Shown: positions 40,732-49,906 of the stretch, in pieces
How the letters are laid out: every line of letters begins with the position of its first letter
Position numbering within the stretch: position 1 is the first letter of the stretch
Source: Candidatus Buchananbacteria bacterium
Lineage (GTDB): Bacteria > Patescibacteriota > Patescibacteriia > CAIXNZ01
Assembly: GCA_014729025.1 (NCBI GenBank)
Contig: WJKP01000045.1
Span: forward strand, 20,015 to 84,014
Direction: 5' to 3'
DNA: 64,000 nt
Position numbers and translations under genes: made by a program
The notes under the pieces: generated by a model
What the model was told of the DNA's origin: nothing
The model's database searches: none
Seen by the model: the letters and a program-made list of their open reading frames with translations, nothing else

Positions 40732-41130
40732 TTAATTAATTAATTTGGTTTTTAATTTTCTTAAACGATTTTTCAAACTATAATCTATTAAATTATCATT
40801 ATAACGCAATAAAAACCCGCCTTTTAATTTTTTATCAACCTCAGCAGAAAATTCTATTTCACCATCAACCAATTTTTCTAAATATTTTTTTAATAATGTC
40901 TCAGTCTGTTCATCAAGCTTATAAGCGCTTATTATTTTTGTACTCGTTATATTTTTTCGTTTATTCCAAAGCTTATCAAAAAAATAAATTATTTTATCCA
41001 GCTGAGAAATTTGATTATGTTCAAGCAATAATTTAGCAAAATTATTAATCATCTTTTGCCAATCTGATTGTGGAGCCTGTTCAAGACTCTCGAATAAAAC
41101 TTGGGCGTATTGCTGCGGTTTGATTTTCAT
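40732..41130 (-). CDS. atpH: F1 ATP synthase delta (OSCP) subunit, short form
   Basis: The C-terminus GGFLLRYNDNLIDYSLKNRLRKL matches the OSCP signature. It is 132 aa, against ~180 typically. Confidence 0.7.
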   Translation of the reverse strand: MKIKPQQYAQVLFESLEQAPQSDWQKMINNFAKLLLEHNQISQLDKIIYFFDKLWNKRKNITSTKIISAYKLDEQTETLLKKYLEKLVDGEIEFSAEVDKKLKGGFLLRYNDNLIDYSLKNRLRKLKTKLIN

Positions 41131-41131
41131 A

Positions 41132-41629
41132 TTATTTTTTTAAATTTGTTACTATTTCTTCAATAATCTTCTTATCTTCGGATTTATCCACCTTTTTATC
41201 AATTATTTTTTCCAAGGCAATTACAATCAATTTACTAACATCTTTTTTTACTTCATTAACCAACTCGGCTTTTTCCTGTTTGATTTTAGTTTTTTCTTCA
41301 TTAATAATTACTGAAATATCTTGTTTGGCTTTAGCGATTAATTCTTTTCTTTTTTCTTCAGCCTGATTTTTGGCATTTTCAACTATTGCTAAAGCTTCTT
41401 TTTTGGCATCTTTAATTATTTTTTTTTCTTTTTCACTCAATTCTTCTAATTTAGCTTGAGCTTTTTCGGCATTGATTACGCCCTCTTCGATCTTTTTACG
41501 TCTATCATCCAAAAACCTCAAAATTGGTTTATAGCCGAATTTATATAAAATAAAAACCAAAACAGCAAAATTAATCAATTGCGCTATTAAAATTTTATAA
41601 TTCAAACCTAATGATTCAATTAATTCCAT
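41132..41629 (-). CDS. atpF: Fo ATP synthase subunit b
   Basis: An N-terminal TM is followed by a long charged helix (KIEEGVINAEKAQAKLEELSEKEKKII...). Confidence 0.75.
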   Translation of the reverse strand: MELIESLGLNYKILIAQLINFAVLVFILYKFGYKPILRFLDDRRKKIEEGVINAEKAQAKLEELSEKEKKIIKDAKKEALAIVENAKNQAEEKRKELIAKAKQDISVIINEEKTKIKQEKAELVNEVKKDVSKLIVIALEKIIDKKVDKSEDKKIIEEIVTNLKK

Positions 41630-41692
41630 ATTAAATAATTAAAATTTAAATTAATCCAGCCCTTTAATTAAGAGCTGAACAATATCTAATTT

Positions 41693-41920
41693 TTAACCGA
41701 ATAAAATAATTAGAGCAACAACCAATGAATAAATAGCGGTTGATTCGGCAATAGCCATGGTAACAAAAATCAAAGGAGTAATTTTATCAGCGGCTTCAGG
41801 ATTTCGGCCAATTGCTGATAAGGCGTTACCAGCAATAATCCCTTCGCCGATACCTGAACCAATCGCACCAAGTCCAATTGCTAAACCAGCAGCTAATAAT
41901 TTAAAAATTTCTGGATCCAT
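41693..41920 (-). CDS. atpE: Fo ATP synthase subunit c
   Basis: It is a two-helix hairpin with the conserved carboxylate in AIAESTAIYSLVVALIILF. GxGxGxG packing is seen in LGAIGSGIGEGIIAG. Confidence 0.85.
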   Translation of the reverse strand: MDPEIFKLLAAGLAIGLGAIGSGIGEGIIAGNALSAIGRNPEAADKITPLIFVTMAIAESTAIYSLVVALIILFG

Positions 41921-41999
41921 AAATTTAATGTTAATTATTTATTAGTTAATTTGTTTATTAGTCTGACCAATTTACCAATAAATAAATCAACCAACAAAC

Positions 42000-42758
42000 C
42001 TATATTGAATGCTGTTCAACAACTTCATCACGATCTATTTCAGCAGCTAAACTGATAAAAACCAAAGTCAAAACAGAAAAAACAAAAGCCTGAACAACAG
42101 CTGTTAAAATTCCCAAAAATATAAACGGTAACGGTATAAAAAAGGGAGCTAAAAATAACATTACAGCCCCCAAGACTTCACTGGCAAAAATATTGCCAAA
42201 TAAACGGAATGATAAAGAAATTATTTTAGCGATCTCACTAATAATATCCATTAAGCCCAAAATGAAATTTAACGGACTGGAAAAATTAATAAATTTCTTT
42301 AAATAACCAAATGGCCCATGAACAATAATAGCCACAACATGCATAGTAATAATAGTTATCATGGTCATTACAAAAACCATACCATAATCAGACATAACCG
42401 CTCGAAAAACCGGTACAATACCTTCGGATTTATGCAGATTAACAGCTGCTTGCCCCGGAATATAAATAACCAGATTAGCCACCAAAGTAAAAATAAACAT
42501 TGTCATTACCAAAGGAAAAATTTTCCTGGCTTTTTCTTCTGTACCGATTATTGATTTTACAAAATCATAACCCTTTTCAATTAAAAGTTCGAAAACGCTC
42601 TGAATTTTACCAGGGATCAATTTTTTACGTTTATTTAAAATTAAAGTAAAAATAATCAAAAAAAGACTTATAACAAAAGTCCATAGTAAAGTATTGGTGA
42701 TCGGAAATCCAGCTATCTCAAATATGGTTTCTGGGGCTAATGATATATTAAGCTTCAT
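42000..42758 (-). CDS. atpB: Fo ATP synthase subunit a
   Basis: A polytopic membrane protein carries the conserved LSFRLFGNIFASE block, which includes the essential Arg. Confidence 0.85.
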   Translation of the reverse strand: MKLNISLAPETIFEIAGFPITNTLLWTFVISLFLIIFTLILNKRKKLIPGKIQSVFELLIEKGYDFVKSIIGTEEKARKIFPLVMTMFIFTLVANLVIYIPGQAAVNLHKSEGIVPVFRAVMSDYGMVFVMTMITIITMHVVAIIVHGPFGYLKKFINFSSPLNFILGLMDIISEIAKIISLSFRLFGNIFASEVLGAVMLFLAPFFIPLPFIFLGILTAVVQAFVFSVLTLVFISLAAEIDRDEVVEQHSI

Positions 42759-43023
42759 TGTCTTTAATATCCTTTCGATTATTTTTAAATTCTTTTTTTA
42801 CTACTTGATTTAAATTTTTTATTTTTTTATATAAAAATATATTAGTAAAGATAAAAGCGATTAATACACCAATAATCAAAATAATTGGTTGGGTATTTAA
42901 ATATTTATCCAATAAATAACCGATTCCGCCAAAAAAAATTAAAGGACCTAAAATTAAAGCACCGGTATACAGGCTTAAATTTAACATTAATTTTTTTATA
43001 TTGGAAACAATATCTTCTGGCAT
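42748..43023 (-). CDS. AtpI/AtpZ-like small membrane protein heading the atp operon
   Basis: It is a 91-aa two-TM protein immediately upstream of, and overlapping, atpB. Confidence 0.4.
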   Translation of the reverse strand: MPEDIVSNIKKLMLNLSLYTGALILGPLIFFGGIGYLLDKYLNTQPIILIIGVLIAFIFTNIFLYKKIKNLNQVVKKEFKNNRKDIKDNEA

Positions 43024-43149
43024 ACTTTTAAAAGTAAAAAGAAAAAAACTCGAATCGAGCTTTTTGGGAAAAAAAATTCATAATCACCAATATAGTACAT
43101 CTTTTTTTTAAAAAAGTCAAGCTGTTTTTAAAATTTAACTGTGCATAAT

Positions 43150-43770
43150 TCAAATTAATTGCCGCTGACTGATTGGTTTATATGATTTTCTATGGATTGG
43201 ACAAATATCATATTTGCTTAGCATTTGCTGATGCAATTTGGTACCATACCCTTTATGTAAATCAAAACCATACTTAGGGTATTTTTGGGCTAATTTTAGC
43301 ATAATATCATCTCTAGCCACCTTGGCTAAAATCGAAGCGGACGCAATAGAAAAAACCAAATTATCACCTTTGACAATTGTTTCCCAGGGAATTCTTATTT
43401 TATATTTAGTTACGCTGGCTTTATCAATTAATAAATATTGTGGTCGAATACTCAAACCATTAATCACCTTGTCTATAACTAAAGCATTAGCCTTACCAAC
43501 TCCAATTTCATCAATTACAGTATTATCAATTACCACAACCGTACAGGATAAAGCTTTATATTTAATTTCCTCAACTAACTTTTTTCTTTTAAAAGCTGAT
43601 ATCTTCTTAGAATCTTTTAACCCTTTGATCATTTTTCTGCGCTCAAAAATAACACCCGCTGCCACAATTGGCCCAGCCCAAGCTCCCCGACCAACTTCAT
43701 CTATCCCGGCTACATATTGATAGCCTCGTTGCCATAAACCAGATTCCCTTTTCCAGTCAGGATTTTTCAT
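43150..43770 (-). CDS. rnhB: Ribonuclease HII
   Basis: GIDEVGRGAWAGPIVAAGVI (DEVGRG catalytic motif) is present. Confidence 0.85.
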   Translation of the reverse strand: MKNPDWKRESGLWQRGYQYVAGIDEVGRGAWAGPIVAAGVIFERRKMIKGLKDSKKISAFKRKKLVEEIKYKALSCTVVVIDNTVIDEIGVGKANALVIDKVINGLSIRPQYLLIDKASVTKYKIRIPWETIVKGDNLVFSIASASILAKVARDDIMLKLAQKYPKYGFDLHKGYGTKLHQQMLSKYDICPIHRKSYKPISQRQLI

Positions 43771-44660
43771 TATTGTAAATTAAATAATTTAACAGCATTA
43801 TTAAAGGTTTGTTTTTCAATCTCTGTAAAAGTTAATTCTTTTAAATCCGCTATTTTTTGGGCAATATAACGAACAAAATAAGGTTCATTTTTCTGACCGC
43901 GATAAGGCTCAGGTGCCAAAAAAGGCGCATCTGTTTCAATTAAAATTTTATCCAAAGGAGTCTCTTTGGCAATTTCTTGCAATTCTTGGGCATTTTTAAA
44001 AGTAACAATACCAGTAAATCCGACATAAAAACCTAAATTTAAAAATTTTCGAGCCTGAGTTTTATTACCACCATAGCAATGAATAACGCCCTTATGATAA
44101 TCTTCTTTTTCTAAAATATCCAAAATTAAATCATAAGCGCCATAAGGGTCGCTTTCCTCTCCTCGACAATGCAAAACCAATGGCAAATCAAGTCTTTTGG
44201 CTAATTGAATAAATTGTTTAAAAACATTTATCTGTATTTCTTTAATCTTATCCATTGTATATTCTTCATCCGCCATGCGAAAGAAATCTAAACCAGTCTC
44301 CCCTATGCCCACAACCGTATCACTTGATTGCGCTAAATTTAAATATTTATCATAATCTCCGCCAAGGGCGGATCCGCCTCTGGCGGAAAATTTTTCCTTA
44401 GGGGTGAAAAAACTGTGCTCTTCCCCACCAAAACTGGCTTTTTCAGTTACATCTTTAACCAAATGTATAGGATGACAACCAATCACAGCCCAAATTCCTT
44501 TGCCAAATTTTTTTGCAATATCAATTGTTTTTTGACTGGTTTCATAATTTGACCCAACATTAATTATCCAGGTTTTATTATCAAAAGAACGCTGAACTAC
44601 ATCATTAAGTTCAGCGGCATATTCATGAAAATTTATATGAGCATGAGAATCAATTAACAT
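43770..44660 (-). CDS. tatD: TatD-family metal-dependent DNase/hydrolase
   Basis: MLIDSHAHINF, VVGIGETGLDF, LPLVLHCR and IETDAPFLAP are present. Confidence 0.85.
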   Translation of the reverse strand: MLIDSHAHINFHEYAAELNDVVQRSFDNKTWIINVGSNYETSQKTIDIAKKFGKGIWAVIGCHPIHLVKDVTEKASFGGEEHSFFTPKEKFSARGGSALGGDYDKYLNLAQSSDTVVGIGETGLDFFRMADEEYTMDKIKEIQINVFKQFIQLAKRLDLPLVLHCRGEESDPYGAYDLILDILEKEDYHKGVIHCYGGNKTQARKFLNLGFYVGFTGIVTFKNAQELQEIAKETPLDKILIETDAPFLAPEPYRGQKNEPYFVRYIAQKIADLKELTFTEIEKQTFNNAVKLFNLQ

Positions 44661-44718
44661 AAATTAAGTAATATAAAATAAAAATCACATTAAACTTTAT
44701 AAACTTTTAAACTTATCA

Positions 44719-45228
44719 CTAAATTACCGATTGTAATTGGCGTAAAAGTTCCGGCAGCATCCATTGCAAGATACTGGAAGTTTTTAAAAACCAAGGAGCC
44801 AATTTAGACGCCTGCAAAACAGCAGTGAACCATTCAGAGACCGGAAAACGTGAAATCATAAATAAAGCTAAACCAATCACCAAAATTCCTTCAAAAAAGC
44901 CCAAAACCGCACCTAAAATCCGATTAATTGTTTTTAAAAAAGGTATAATACTCAAAAATCTAAAAATACGATCTAAAATATAAAAAGCAAACCCGATTAA
45001 CCGATTAACAATAATAAAAATAAAAATAAAAGCAAAAATTTTCATTAAATTAGGATGACCGAAAATTTGAGTTAACCAGACACCAAGCTCGTCATACCAT
45101 AAACCGGCAAAAAAAGCACCGGCAAAAGTCCCAACTATTGCACCTAAAGTATGGATCAAGCCAAACCATAAACCGAATAAAATAAAGCCACCTAAAATTA
45201 TTAATAAAATTACGTCAAAAATAGTCAT
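44719..45228 (-). CDS. cvpA: CvpA-family membrane protein
   Basis: It is a four-TM, 169-aa protein with an N-terminal MTIFDVILLIILGGFILFGLWFGLIHTLGAIVG typical of colicin V production protein family members. Confidence 0.5.
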   Translation of the reverse strand: MTIFDVILLIILGGFILFGLWFGLIHTLGAIVGTFAGAFFAGLWYDELGVWLTQIFGHPNLMKIFAFIFIFIIVNRLIGFAFYILDRIFRFLSIIPFLKTINRILGAVLGFFEGILVIGLALFMISRFPVSEWFTAVLQASKLAPWFLKTSSILQWMLPELLRQLQSVI

Positions 45229-45246
45229 AAATTAGTAATTAATTTA

Positions 45247-46806
45247 TTATTGTTTATTATTTAAACGCGGAAATAAAGGCTTGTCTTTTTTTATTTTTTG
45301 GCCCAAAGGTAAAGTAGCCCATTTTCTCAAATCAAGGATTGATTTTTTAAATTCTTTTGCCGGTGAAAAACCTAATTGTTTTAAAATCTTTTCGCTGGCA
45401 GCGGGCATAAATGGCCGAATCATGATAGCGGTCTGACGCAAAGTTTCCAAAAGATTATACATGACATCAGCTAAAATATCTTTATCCATTTCTACTAATT
45501 CCCAAGGCCGTTCTTTTTCAATATAAGCATTTGATTTTCTAATATTTTCCCAGGCAACTGCCAAAGCCTGATCAAATTGAAAACTTGTCATATAATGATC
45601 ATATCTCTCCCAATCGGTTTTTAAATCAAATTCAAAAAATTTATCAGAATCTCCGCCAGAGGCGGAAACATTAAATTTTGGGACTTTGCCATAAAAATAT
45701 TTTTCAGTCATGGATAAGGTGCGAGAAAGCAAATTCCCCAAATCATTGGCCAAATCAGAATTATATTTTTTTTCAAATCTTTCATAAGTAAAATCACTAT
45801 CTTCAAATGTAGGCAAACCACTTGCAATAAAATAACGAACAGTATCAGTACCGTATTTATGCACTACTTCCATTGGGTTAATTACATTGCCTAAACTTTT
45901 ACTCATTTTTTGACCGCCTGAATTAATAAAACCAAAAATCAAAACCTGTTTGGAATTGGGCAAACCGGCTGACATTAACATAGCCTGCCACATGGCAGTT
46001 TGCTGACGCAAATTATCTTTACCAGCCACCTGAATCCCCGGCCAAAATTTTTCAAATGTTTTATTATCTTTAGGCCAGCCTAAACATGAAATATAATTAA
46101 CCAAAGCATCAAACCAAACATACATAACATGTTCTTCATCATCAGGCACAGGCACGCCCCAGGGCATTTTATCTTTTAAACGCGAGATGGAAAAATCTTG
46201 CAAACCGGCTGAAACAAAATTTTTAATCTCATGTAAACGATGCTGAGGTATGACAAAATTTTGATTTTTTTCATAAAAATCCAAAAGTTTTTGCTGATAT
46301 TTAGACCAGGCAAAAAAATAATTCTCCTCATCAATTAATTCTAATTCCTGATTAGGATGGATCGAACAACGGCCGTTTTCCAACTCCGAATCACTTTTTT
46401 CCATTTCACAACCAACACAATACTTAACCTGATAATTTTTCTTATAAATATCGCCGTTTTCCTTGCATAAACGCCAAAATTCCTGAGCAGCTTTAATATG
46501 CTTAGGATCGGTAGTACGAATAAAACTATTAAAACTTAAATTTAAAGCGTCATCAAGCAATTGAAACTTGGCCGCATATTCATCAACATATTTTTGCACA
46601 TCTTTGCCAGCTTCCTGCGCCTGCCGATAAATTTTTAGACCATGTTCATCCGTTCCGGTATTAAAAAAAACTTCTTTACCAATCATGCGCTGATAACGCG
46701 CAATAATATCAGCTCTAACAATTTCAGCGGCAAAACCAATATGCGGATCCGCATTAACATAAGGCAAGGTAGTTGTAATATAAAAAGTTTCTTTTTTAGC
46801 AGACAT
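45247..46806 (-). CDS. metG: Methionyl-tRNA synthetase
   Basis: The HIGH-type motif is PYVNADPHIGFAAE and the KMSKS motif is KMSKSLGNVI. The Zn knuckle is CVGCEMEKSDSELENGRCSIH. Confidence 0.9.
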   Translation of the reverse strand: MSAKKETFYITTTLPYVNADPHIGFAAEIVRADIIARYQRMIGKEVFFNTGTDEHGLKIYRQAQEAGKDVQKYVDEYAAKFQLLDDALNLSFNSFIRTTDPKHIKAAQEFWRLCKENGDIYKKNYQVKYCVGCEMEKSDSELENGRCSIHPNQELELIDEENYFFAWSKYQQKLLDFYEKNQNFVIPQHRLHEIKNFVSAGLQDFSISRLKDKMPWGVPVPDDEEHVMYVWFDALVNYISCLGWPKDNKTFEKFWPGIQVAGKDNLRQQTAMWQAMLMSAGLPNSKQVLIFGFINSGGQKMSKSLGNVINPMEVVHKYGTDTVRYFIASGLPTFEDSDFTYERFEKKYNSDLANDLGNLLSRTLSMTEKYFYGKVPKFNVSASGGDSDKFFEFDLKTDWERYDHYMTSFQFDQALAVAWENIRKSNAYIEKERPWELVEMDKDILADVMYNLLETLRQTAIMIRPFMPAASEKILKQLGFSPAKEFKKSILDLRKWATLPLGQKIKKDKPLFPRLNNKQ

Positions 46807-46807
46807 G

Positions 46808-47428
46808 TTATATTATATTATTTTTAATTAAATTATCCTTAATTACCTGAAACATGATTTCATGACCTTGTTCATCAGGGTGAATACCATCAACCAAATT
46901 ATCTGTAGCAACTTTATCATATAAATCAATAAATAAAATATTTCTTGACTGACAAAAATCCTTAATTATTTTATTATACTGTAATATATTTTGATTATTA
47001 TAAAAAATATTAGGTTTCCAAGGTATGGGAGAAACCATGGGCTGATTAACGGTTGTTAAACCAATAAATATTATTTTATCAGAATATTCAGAGGCTTGAT
47101 TAAATAATTTTTCCAAATTATCTTTAAAAACCTCAATTTCTGTCCTTTGTTTATTTTCTTTTTCTAAAAAAGCAGAATCATTGGTGCCTGTTGCAAAAAT
47201 AACAATATTTTCCTCATCTTCATCAACTCTATATTTTATATCTGTCTCAAAACGGTCTAAAACCATAGAACTGGTATCACCAGGAATACCAAAATTATAA
47301 ACAAAATAATCTTGTAATTCATGATTTTTTTCAAGATAACTACGTAATCTCTGAACCCAACCGCCTTTGGTAATGTCCCAGGCTCCATAAGTTATGCTAC
47401 CGCCAAAAATTAAAATATTTTTTGTCAT
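46808..47428 (-). CDS. SGNH/GDSL-type hydrolase
   Basis: Block I is ILIFGGSITYGAWD, block III is GTNDS and block V is DGIHPDEQGH. Confidence 0.6.
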   Translation of the reverse strand: MTKNILIFGGSITYGAWDITKGGWVQRLRSYLEKNHELQDYFVYNFGIPGDTSSMVLDRFETDIKYRVDEDEENIVIFATGTNDSAFLEKENKQRTEIEVFKDNLEKLFNQASEYSDKIIFIGLTTVNQPMVSPIPWKPNIFYNNQNILQYNKIIKDFCQSRNILFIDLYDKVATDNLVDGIHPDEQGHEIMFQVIKDNLIKNNII

Positions 47429-47433
47429 AAAAT

Positions 47434-48120
47434 TTAATTTATTATAACTACAAATTCACCTTTTATGGTATCATTATTTAATTGTTTTAAAACCTCATCA
47501 ATTGTGCCCCGATAAACGGTTTCAAATTTTTTAGTTAATTCACGGCAAATTACCACTTGCTTAGTTAAACCTAATTCTTGTAATTTATTTAAAGTTTTTA
47601 AAATCCTATGAGTTGATTCATAAAAAACAGAAGTAAACTTATTATTGATTATTTCTTGTAAAATCTTTTCTTTACCTTTTTTATGCGGCAAAAAGCCATA
47701 AAAAATAAATTTATCAGTTGGTAAGCCGGAAATTGATAAAGCAGAAACAACAGCTGAGGGACCGGGAATTGTTATAATTTCCACACTATTTTTCAATACT
47801 CCAATCACCTGCTCTATTAACTTATTACCCGGGTCAGAAATACCCGGAGTTCCGGCATCTGATACCAAAGCGAAATCATTCCCCTTTTTTAATAAATCAA
47901 TTATCTTATTAACTTTGGTAATTTTAGAATGTTGAAAATAACTTAAAGTTGCTGTTTTAATCTCATATTTATTTAATAAAACTTTTGTCACCCTGGTATC
48001 TTCGCATAAAACAAAATCAACCTCCTTTAAAATTCGCAGGGCTCTTAAAGTAATATCCTCCAAATTACCGATTGGTGTAGCAACTATATATAATTTACTC
48101 ATTTGCCCTAATTTTAACAA
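47434..48120 (-). CDS. rsmI: 16S rRNA (C1402 2'-O) methyltransferase RsmI
   Basis: LYIVATPIGNLEDITLRALRILKEVDFVLCEDTRVTKVLL is present (tetrapyrrole-methylase fold). Confidence 0.85.
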   Translation of the reverse strand: MLKLGQMSKLYIVATPIGNLEDITLRALRILKEVDFVLCEDTRVTKVLLNKYEIKTATLSYFQHSKITKVNKIIDLLKKGNDFALVSDAGTPGISDPGNKLIEQVIGVLKNSVEIITIPGPSAVVSALSISGLPTDKFIFYGFLPHKKGKEKILQEIINNKFTSVFYESTHRILKTLNKLQELGLTKQVVICRELTKKFETVYRGTIDEVLKQLNNDTIKGEFVVIIN

Positions 48121-48173
48121 AAATAAGCAGTTTTGTCGAATAAAAAAACACGCCCTTTTACGGGCAGTGTTTT

Positions 48174-48278
48174 TTATTCATCATCTAAATCAGCTGTAGT
48201 TGGCTCATAAAATTCATAATCTTGTTCGCAAGTACATTTATCAATATCATTATCACAAATAGGACATTTTTCCATCAT
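48174..48278 (-). CDS. Possible 34-aa Cys-rich acidic micropeptide (MMEKCPICDNDIDKCTCEQDYEFYEPTTADLDDE). It could instead be the body of an sRNA.
   Basis: The ORF lies between a consensus promoter and a terminator-like hairpin (aaaacacgccc...gggcagtgtttttt at 48141-48172). No SD is present. Confidence 0.25.
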   Translation of the reverse strand: MMEKCPICDNDIDKCTCEQDYEFYEPTTADLDDE

Positions 48279-48321
48279 CTTTTTTTGTCTTAATTTTTAT
48301 TTTAAAATAAATATATTCAAG

Positions 48322-48351
48322 ATTATAAAATATGCATAAAATACTTGTCAA
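48322..48351 (-). promoter_or_regulatory. Consensus sigma-70 promoter (TTGACA-N18-TATAAT) on the minus strand
   Basis: On the minus strand, ttgaca is at 48346-48351 and tataat at 48322-48327. The promoter drives a ~180-nt unit that ends at the 48141-48172 hairpin. Confidence 0.5.
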
Positions 48352-48443
48352 GTTTTTAAAAGCACTTATCCACAAATTTAAATGGCTCCTGCCAAAATTG
48401 ACAGAAGCCATTGTCCCTTTCACCCTTGATGGGCGCTCCCTCA

Positions 48444-48917
48444 CTATTTATTTTTAATATATTTTTTAAATTTTTGCAATTTTTCCTTTTGTGGTTTCTC
48501 AATATGAATTTCGTTCCTTTTTTTCTTAATTTTTCTATTGGCTTCAGAAAAAGACAGGCCTTGATATATAAAATGGGCAGCTAAAATCGTTGGGGCACGG
48601 CCATGACCGTTTTTACAATGCAAATAAATTTTAACTTTTTGGTCAAGCAAAGCTTCTATTGTTTTAACACCCACCCAAAGTTGTTTTAAAGTCGGTGCGG
48701 TATGATCTTTAACCGGCAGCCATAAAAAACAATCAACACCAATTGGTTGATCAATCCTTTCATCTTCAATTGAAATATCAGCTTTAATACCTTTATTTAA
48801 AAGTTCTTGTTTAAAATGCCTTTGACAACAAGCATTTGTCCCCAAATATATCAAAGGAGTAATTTTATTATATTCAAATTTAACATGGTCTTTTTTCTTG
48901 TCTTTAGATTTTGCCAT
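48444..48917 (-). CDS. Dual-specificity (Cys-based) protein phosphatase
   Basis: The CX5R P-loop is HCKNGHGRAPT. A general-acid Asp is upstream in VKDHTAP. Confidence 0.7.
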   Translation of the reverse strand: MAKSKDKKKDHVKFEYNKITPLIYLGTNACCQRHFKQELLNKGIKADISIEDERIDQPIGVDCFLWLPVKDHTAPTLKQLWVGVKTIEALLDQKVKIYLHCKNGHGRAPTILAAHFIYQGLSFSEANRKIKKKRNEIHIEKPQKEKLQKFKKYIKNK

Positions 48918-49884
48918 AAATATTTATATCAATTTTAGACAATTGTTTTTGCAACGGTAATTTTTCCAATAAACCATGTTTTGCTCCCATAGCCTGAATT
49001 ACACCACTAGAATTTAAAATTGCCAAACGCAAAGCATAATCCCAGTCAGATTTTAAAATTATACCGGCACAAAACCCGGATCCAAAAGCATCACCAGCTC
49101 CAGTAGTGTTAAGTACTTCTGCTTTTAAAACATCAGCCTTATAAATTAAAATGTCATCAGATAAATAAGCGCCTTTTGAACCGTCAGTAATTACCAAGTA
49201 ATTAGGAGTTAATTTATCTAAAACTTTAAAAATTTTTTTAATATCTTTTTTTCCTGATAATTTGGCTGCTTCGGATTTATTAATATTAAAAATAGTTGTT
49301 TGTTTAATTAAAGGCTCTAATTTAGCTTTGCCATGCTTTAATTCCCCGCTACCCGGATTCCAAGCAATTTTTATTTTATTCTTTTTCGCAAAATTGAATA
49401 TTTTTTTCAATAAACTTAAATTCCCAGCCAAAGAAGTAATATAAAACCATTTAGTTTTTAATTTATCCCATTGAAAATCGGAAGAAGAAAAATTAGCACT
49501 GGCACCGCGATAAACTAAAATCGTGCGGTCACCGCCAGGCGTAATCAAAATTGTTGAATAAGCTGTTTTGTGTTTTTTATCAGCTACTAAATTTGACGGA
49601 TTTATATTATTATCAGCCAAGACTGACATTATTTCCATGCCATAAATATCATGGCCGATTTTTGATACAACCGAAGTATTTAATCCCAAATTAGCAAAAG
49701 TATAAGCTGCATTGGTTGCCCCACCACCAGTGTCAAAATAAATATCACCTAGTTCTATTTTAGCACCATAAGCAAAACATTCACCAACTCCGCCTTTAAA
49801 TTTATCACTTTTAATTATCTTAAAATCTTTGGAAACTAAAAAAACATCTTTGGTGGCTGAACCGATTGTAATTACATCAAACAT
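48904..49884 (-). CDS. PfkB-family carbohydrate/nucleoside kinase (ribokinase-like)
   Basis: The N-terminus is MFDVITIGSATKDVF. The GG dipeptide is TGGGATNAAY and the anion hole is NTTGAGDAFGSGF. The start is set at the internal Met (49884) to avoid overlap with the upstream gene. The ORF-track start 49965 is the alternative. Confidence 0.7.
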   Translation of the reverse strand: MFDVITIGSATKDVFLVSKDFKIIKSDKFKGGVGECFAYGAKIELGDIYFDTGGGATNAAYTFANLGLNTSVVSKIGHDIYGMEIMSVLADNNINPSNLVADKKHKTAYSTILITPGGDRTILVYRGASANFSSSDFQWDKLKTKWFYITSLAGNLSLLKKIFNFAKKNKIKIAWNPGSGELKHGKAKLEPLIKQTTIFNINKSEAAKLSGKKDIKKIFKVLDKLTPNYLVITDGSKGAYLSDDILIYKADVLKAEVLNTTGAGDAFGSGFCAGIILKSDWDYALRLAILNSSGVIQAMGAKHGLLEKLPLQKQLSKIDINIYGKI

Positions 49885-49906
49885 AATTTTATAGTAATTT
49901 AAATCT

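Noticed and set aside
48253-48444. 63-aa minus-strand ORF in the track
   Set aside because: It overlaps the promoter/leader of the orphan unit in a different frame, has no SD and is low-complexity.
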